From the NCBI GenBank assembly GCA_010356995.1, contig ML996706.1:62001-126000 (forward strand): a stretch of DNA of 64,000 nucleotides, given 5' to 3'. The notes beneath the pieces were generated by a model. The model had not been told where the DNA came from, searched no databases, and saw nothing but the letters and a program-made list of their open reading frames with translations. The stretch comes from Trichodelitschia bisporula (lineage: Eukaryota). This document shows positions 61,349 to 64,000 of the stretch, in pieces. Position numbers and translations under genes: made by a program. Numbering within the stretch: position 1 is the first letter of the stretch; each line of letters begins with the position of its first letter.

Positions 61349-63697
61349 ATGGCCGACGACGGTCTCCTGCTCAATTTTTCCCTCGGTGACGGTCCTCTCA
61401 CCACCAAATCAGCCATCACCGGCGGACCTTGGAGGGCCAGAAGACGAGCTCAGAAAGTTGCGGCGTTCAGCAATGGGACGCTCCTTTCGACCCAGCAACC
61501 CAATTCTTCAGAGAATCCAGACTTTGGGTCACGGCCAGCTAAGAGAATACGAGTAGACGATTCCCGACCGCATAGCTCTAAGCGTTCAAGTTCATCCGCC
61601 AACCCCACATATGAGGCGCCGAAACAAGTCGTATCGTCACTATTCTCCTTCAACCCGAAAGCTACCTCTGAGGCCGCAAAGGAGCCGGCCCAGGCTGAAG
61701 ATGAGCCCGTCGAACCGTCCAATGCACCTCTCACCAAGGAACAACTGAACTTCGTGAATTTGGATATCTCCCCCTCTCTTGCGGCGCATCTCACCCAAAA
61801 GATGAACATTTCCGCACCGACAGCTATCCAAAAAGCCACCATTCCCCAACTTATCAAGGAGGACGCCGACGCCTTCATTCAAGCTGAGACTGGTTCCGGC
61901 AAAACGCTCGCCTACCTACTTCCCATCGTCCAGAGGATCATGCAGCTGTCTGAGCTCAAAGATGCCAACGGCAAGGACCTCCTCCATCGGGACTCTGGTC
62001 TTTTTGCCATAGTGCTTGCTCCTACCCGCGAACTGAGCAAGCAGATAGCTGTGGTCCTTGACAATCTTCTTCGCGCTGCGCACTGGCTCGTCGGCGGTAC
62101 CGTCATTGGTGGCGAGAAGAAGAAATCCGAAAAGGCCCGTCTGCGGAAGGGCCTCAACATCCTGGTTGCGACTCCTGGTCGTCTGGCAGATCACCTTGAG
62201 CACACCGAAGCCCTCAATGTGAGCAACGTACGATGGCTTGTGCTCGACGAAGGTGATCGGCTGGTGGAGCTCGGGTTCGAGGCAGACATCAAGAAGATTG
62301 TCAGCAAGCTGGATTTCCAAATGAAGAAGAGCTCTGCAAACCCAATTAAAGGCCTTCCGGAGAAGCGCGTCAACATTCTGTGTTCAGCAACCATGAAAAT
62401 GGACGTGCAGCGACTGGGCGAGATCAGCTTAAAGGATGCTGTGCATATCCACGCCTCAACCACTGACCCTACGGAGAACGTGAATGCTACGACAGACGAC
62501 ACCAAGTTCCTGGCCCCTGCACAGCTCAAGCAAAGTTATGCTATCGTACCGGCTAAACTACGTCTTGTCTCGCTAGCGGCTTTCCTCAAGCGCTCCTTCG
62601 CGCGCCACGGATCTGTGATGAAGGCTATAGTCTTCATCTCGTGCGCGGACTCAGTGGACTTCCATTACGAAGTCTTCACCCGCAAAGAGGAATCCGAAGA
62701 CACCGAGCAGAAAGAATCAACAGAAAAGCCAAAAACTCCAGTAACTCCAGTAACGGCTACTCCGAAATCCCAGAAGATGTCAAAGTTTCAAGGCAAAGCC
62801 GAGCGAAAGCCCCCCGCGCCCCCCACCGAAGTCACCACCTCCGCCATCTCTCCCACCGTCTCCAGCCCCACAAACACAGTAACCTGCTACCGGCTCCACG
62901 GCTCCTTTCCCCAAGCCACCCGCACCAAAACCCTCCAAGCCTTCACAAAGGACACTTCCCCCTCCTTCCTCCTCTGCACCGACGTCGCCTCCCGCGGCCT
63001 CGACCTCCCAGACATCGACGTGGTAATCGAATACGACCCGCCCTTCAGCAAAGACGAACACCTGCATCGCATCGGGCGTACCGCACGTGCGGGGCGCAAT
63101 GGCCGGGCTATGATTTTCCTCCTCCCGGGACCGGAGGAGGGTTATATCCAGGTGCTCGATAAGCTGCGGTCGGAAGGCGCGGCGGGCCTGGCGCGCCACA
63201 CGGCTGACGAGTTGTTGAAGAAGGGCTTGCCGATGCCCACGGCGCCGGATGGGAAGAACGTCGAGGACCGCGCGACGGAGTGGCAGCTGGGCATCGAACG
63301 CTGGGTGCTCGAGCACCCAGGTATGCTCGAGGCCGCGCGGCGCGGGTACCAGAGCCACATCCGCGCGTATGCGACGCATGTCGCGGCGGAGCGGTATATG
63401 TTCAATATCAAGGAGCTACACTTGGGGCATTTAGCGAAAGCCTTCGGGCTGCGTGATAAGCCTGGCAGCATCAACGTGCCGGGACTGCGGCAGAGCGCGG
63501 GTAAGGTTAAGACAGAGAGGGTGCGGGCGGGTGTTGAGGGTGGGAAGCGGAAGAGGGTTGATGGGGCGGGGAGGCAGGCGAGGGATAAGGCGGATTTGGA
63601 TTTGCCGGGGGCGGTGAGCGCGGATGATGCGGCGAGGAGGATGAGGATGAAGGTTAAGAAGATGATGGGGGGGGCGTCGGAGTTCAATATTGCGTGA
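61349..63697 (+). CDS. DBP7: DEAD-box RNA helicase Dbp7
   Basis: MADDGLLLNF start, AETGSGKT, PTREL, DEGD, SAT, HRIGRTARAG, HLGHLAKAFGL, C-terminal SEFNIA. Confidence 0.95.
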   Translation: MADDGLLLNFSLGDGPLTTKSAITGGPWRARRRAQKVAAFSNGTLLSTQQPNSSENPDFGSRPAKRIRVDDSRPHSSKRSSSSANPTYEAPKQVVSSLFSFNPKATSEAAKEPAQAEDEPVEPSNAPLTKEQLNFVNLDISPSLAAHLTQKMNISAPTAIQKATIPQLIKEDADAFIQAETGSGKTLAYLLPIVQRIMQLSELKDANGKDLLHRDSGLFAIVLAPTRELSKQIAVVLDNLLRAAHWLVGGTVIGGEKKKSEKARLRKGLNILVATPGRLADHLEHTEALNVSNVRWLVLDEGDRLVELGFEADIKKIVSKLDFQMKKSSANPIKGLPEKRVNILCSATMKMDVQRLGEISLKDAVHIHASTTDPTENVNATTDDTKFLAPAQLKQSYAIVPAKLRLVSLAAFLKRSFARHGSVMKAIVFISCADSVDFHYEVFTRKEESEDTEQKESTEKPKTPVTPVTATPKSQKMSKFQGKAERKPPAPPTEVTTSAISPTVSSPTNTVTCYRLHGSFPQATRTKTLQAFTKDTSPSFLLCTDVASRGLDLPDIDVVIEYDPPFSKDEHLHRIGRTARAGRNGRAMIFLLPGPEEGYIQVLDKLRSEGAAGLARHTADELLKKGLPMPTAPDGKNVEDRATEWQLGIERWVLEHPGMLEAARRGYQSHIRAYATHVAAERYMFNIKELHLGHLAKAFGLRDKPGSINVPGLRQSAGKVKTERVRAGVEGGKRKRVDGAGRQARDKADLDLPGAVSADDAARRMRMKVKKMMGGASEFNIA

Positions 63698-63715
63698 TTG
63701 GGAGAGGGGTTGGAT

Positions 63716-64000
63716 TCAGTATATATCCCATAAGGAGACCTTTCCGTCCTTGGAGCCTGCTGCTAGCCAGTGCGTGCGCCGCATCTTGTCCTCCCGCCGC
63801 TTGCTCGTCGTCTCTAGACGAGATGCCGCCATTCCCAGCTCCTCACTTCGCGGGGCGAGCAGCTCCCCATTCCGACCCTCCCCCTCCTCCCGCGGGCCCA
63901 CGTCTGCAATTCCTATACCCGAATCCTCCCTCTCATCCTCCTCCTCCAATATATCCGCAAAAGCAAGCGCATAACACCCCTCCTTATGCCACTTCAACAC
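63716..64000 (-). CDS. ASA1: WD40 protein, ASTRA-associated protein 1-like (3' end only)
   Basis: LKWHKEGCYALAF ... HWLAAGSKDGKVSLWDIY C-terminus. Confidence 0.85.
   Translation of the reverse strand: MLKWHKEGCYALAFADILEEEDEREDSGIGIADVGPREEGEGRNGELLAPRSEELGMAASRLETTSKRREDKMRRTHWLAAGSKDGKVSLWDIY

Noticed and set aside
24394..63697. Functional cluster of ribosome-biogenesis genes (BCP1, ESF1, DBP7) linked to the C/D array
   Set aside because: The genes are spread over 40 kb among unrelated genes and 10-50 kb from the array; consistent with chance.

Overview
Eukaryotic DNA from a filamentous ascomycete (Pezizomycotina), judged from short GT-AG introns with CTRAC branch points, intron-containing tRNAs and fungal housekeeping genes. 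Most of the window is ordinary: GH16, GT2, GH15 glucoamylase, SDR, BCP1, peroxisomal Lon, DUF4202, erythromycin-esterase family, a ~3170-aa DUF3638/DUF3645-type protein, AKR, ESF1, EF-hand alternative NADH dehydrogenase, TYW1, PQ-loop, PAN6, DBP7, ASA1, tRNA-Val and tRNA-Gln. The exception is a ~5 kb non-coding region (~9.6-14.75 kb). On the minus strand it carries 12 tandem, compact box C/D RNA-like units (C - guide - D' - short loop - C' - guide - D; 40-63 nt cores, one every 350-520 bp). The boxes are conserved and the guides differ between copies. Each core is closed by an inverted-repeat stem, and the spacers are built from short hairpin plus YTCGTA repeats. At least two guides are complementary to conserved rRNA sequence as I recall it. 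This looks like an amplified snoRNA-like guide array, reminiscent of TIGR arrays and SNORD115/116 clusters, inside a putative spliced non-coding host transcript. All calls were made by eye; no database searches were run.
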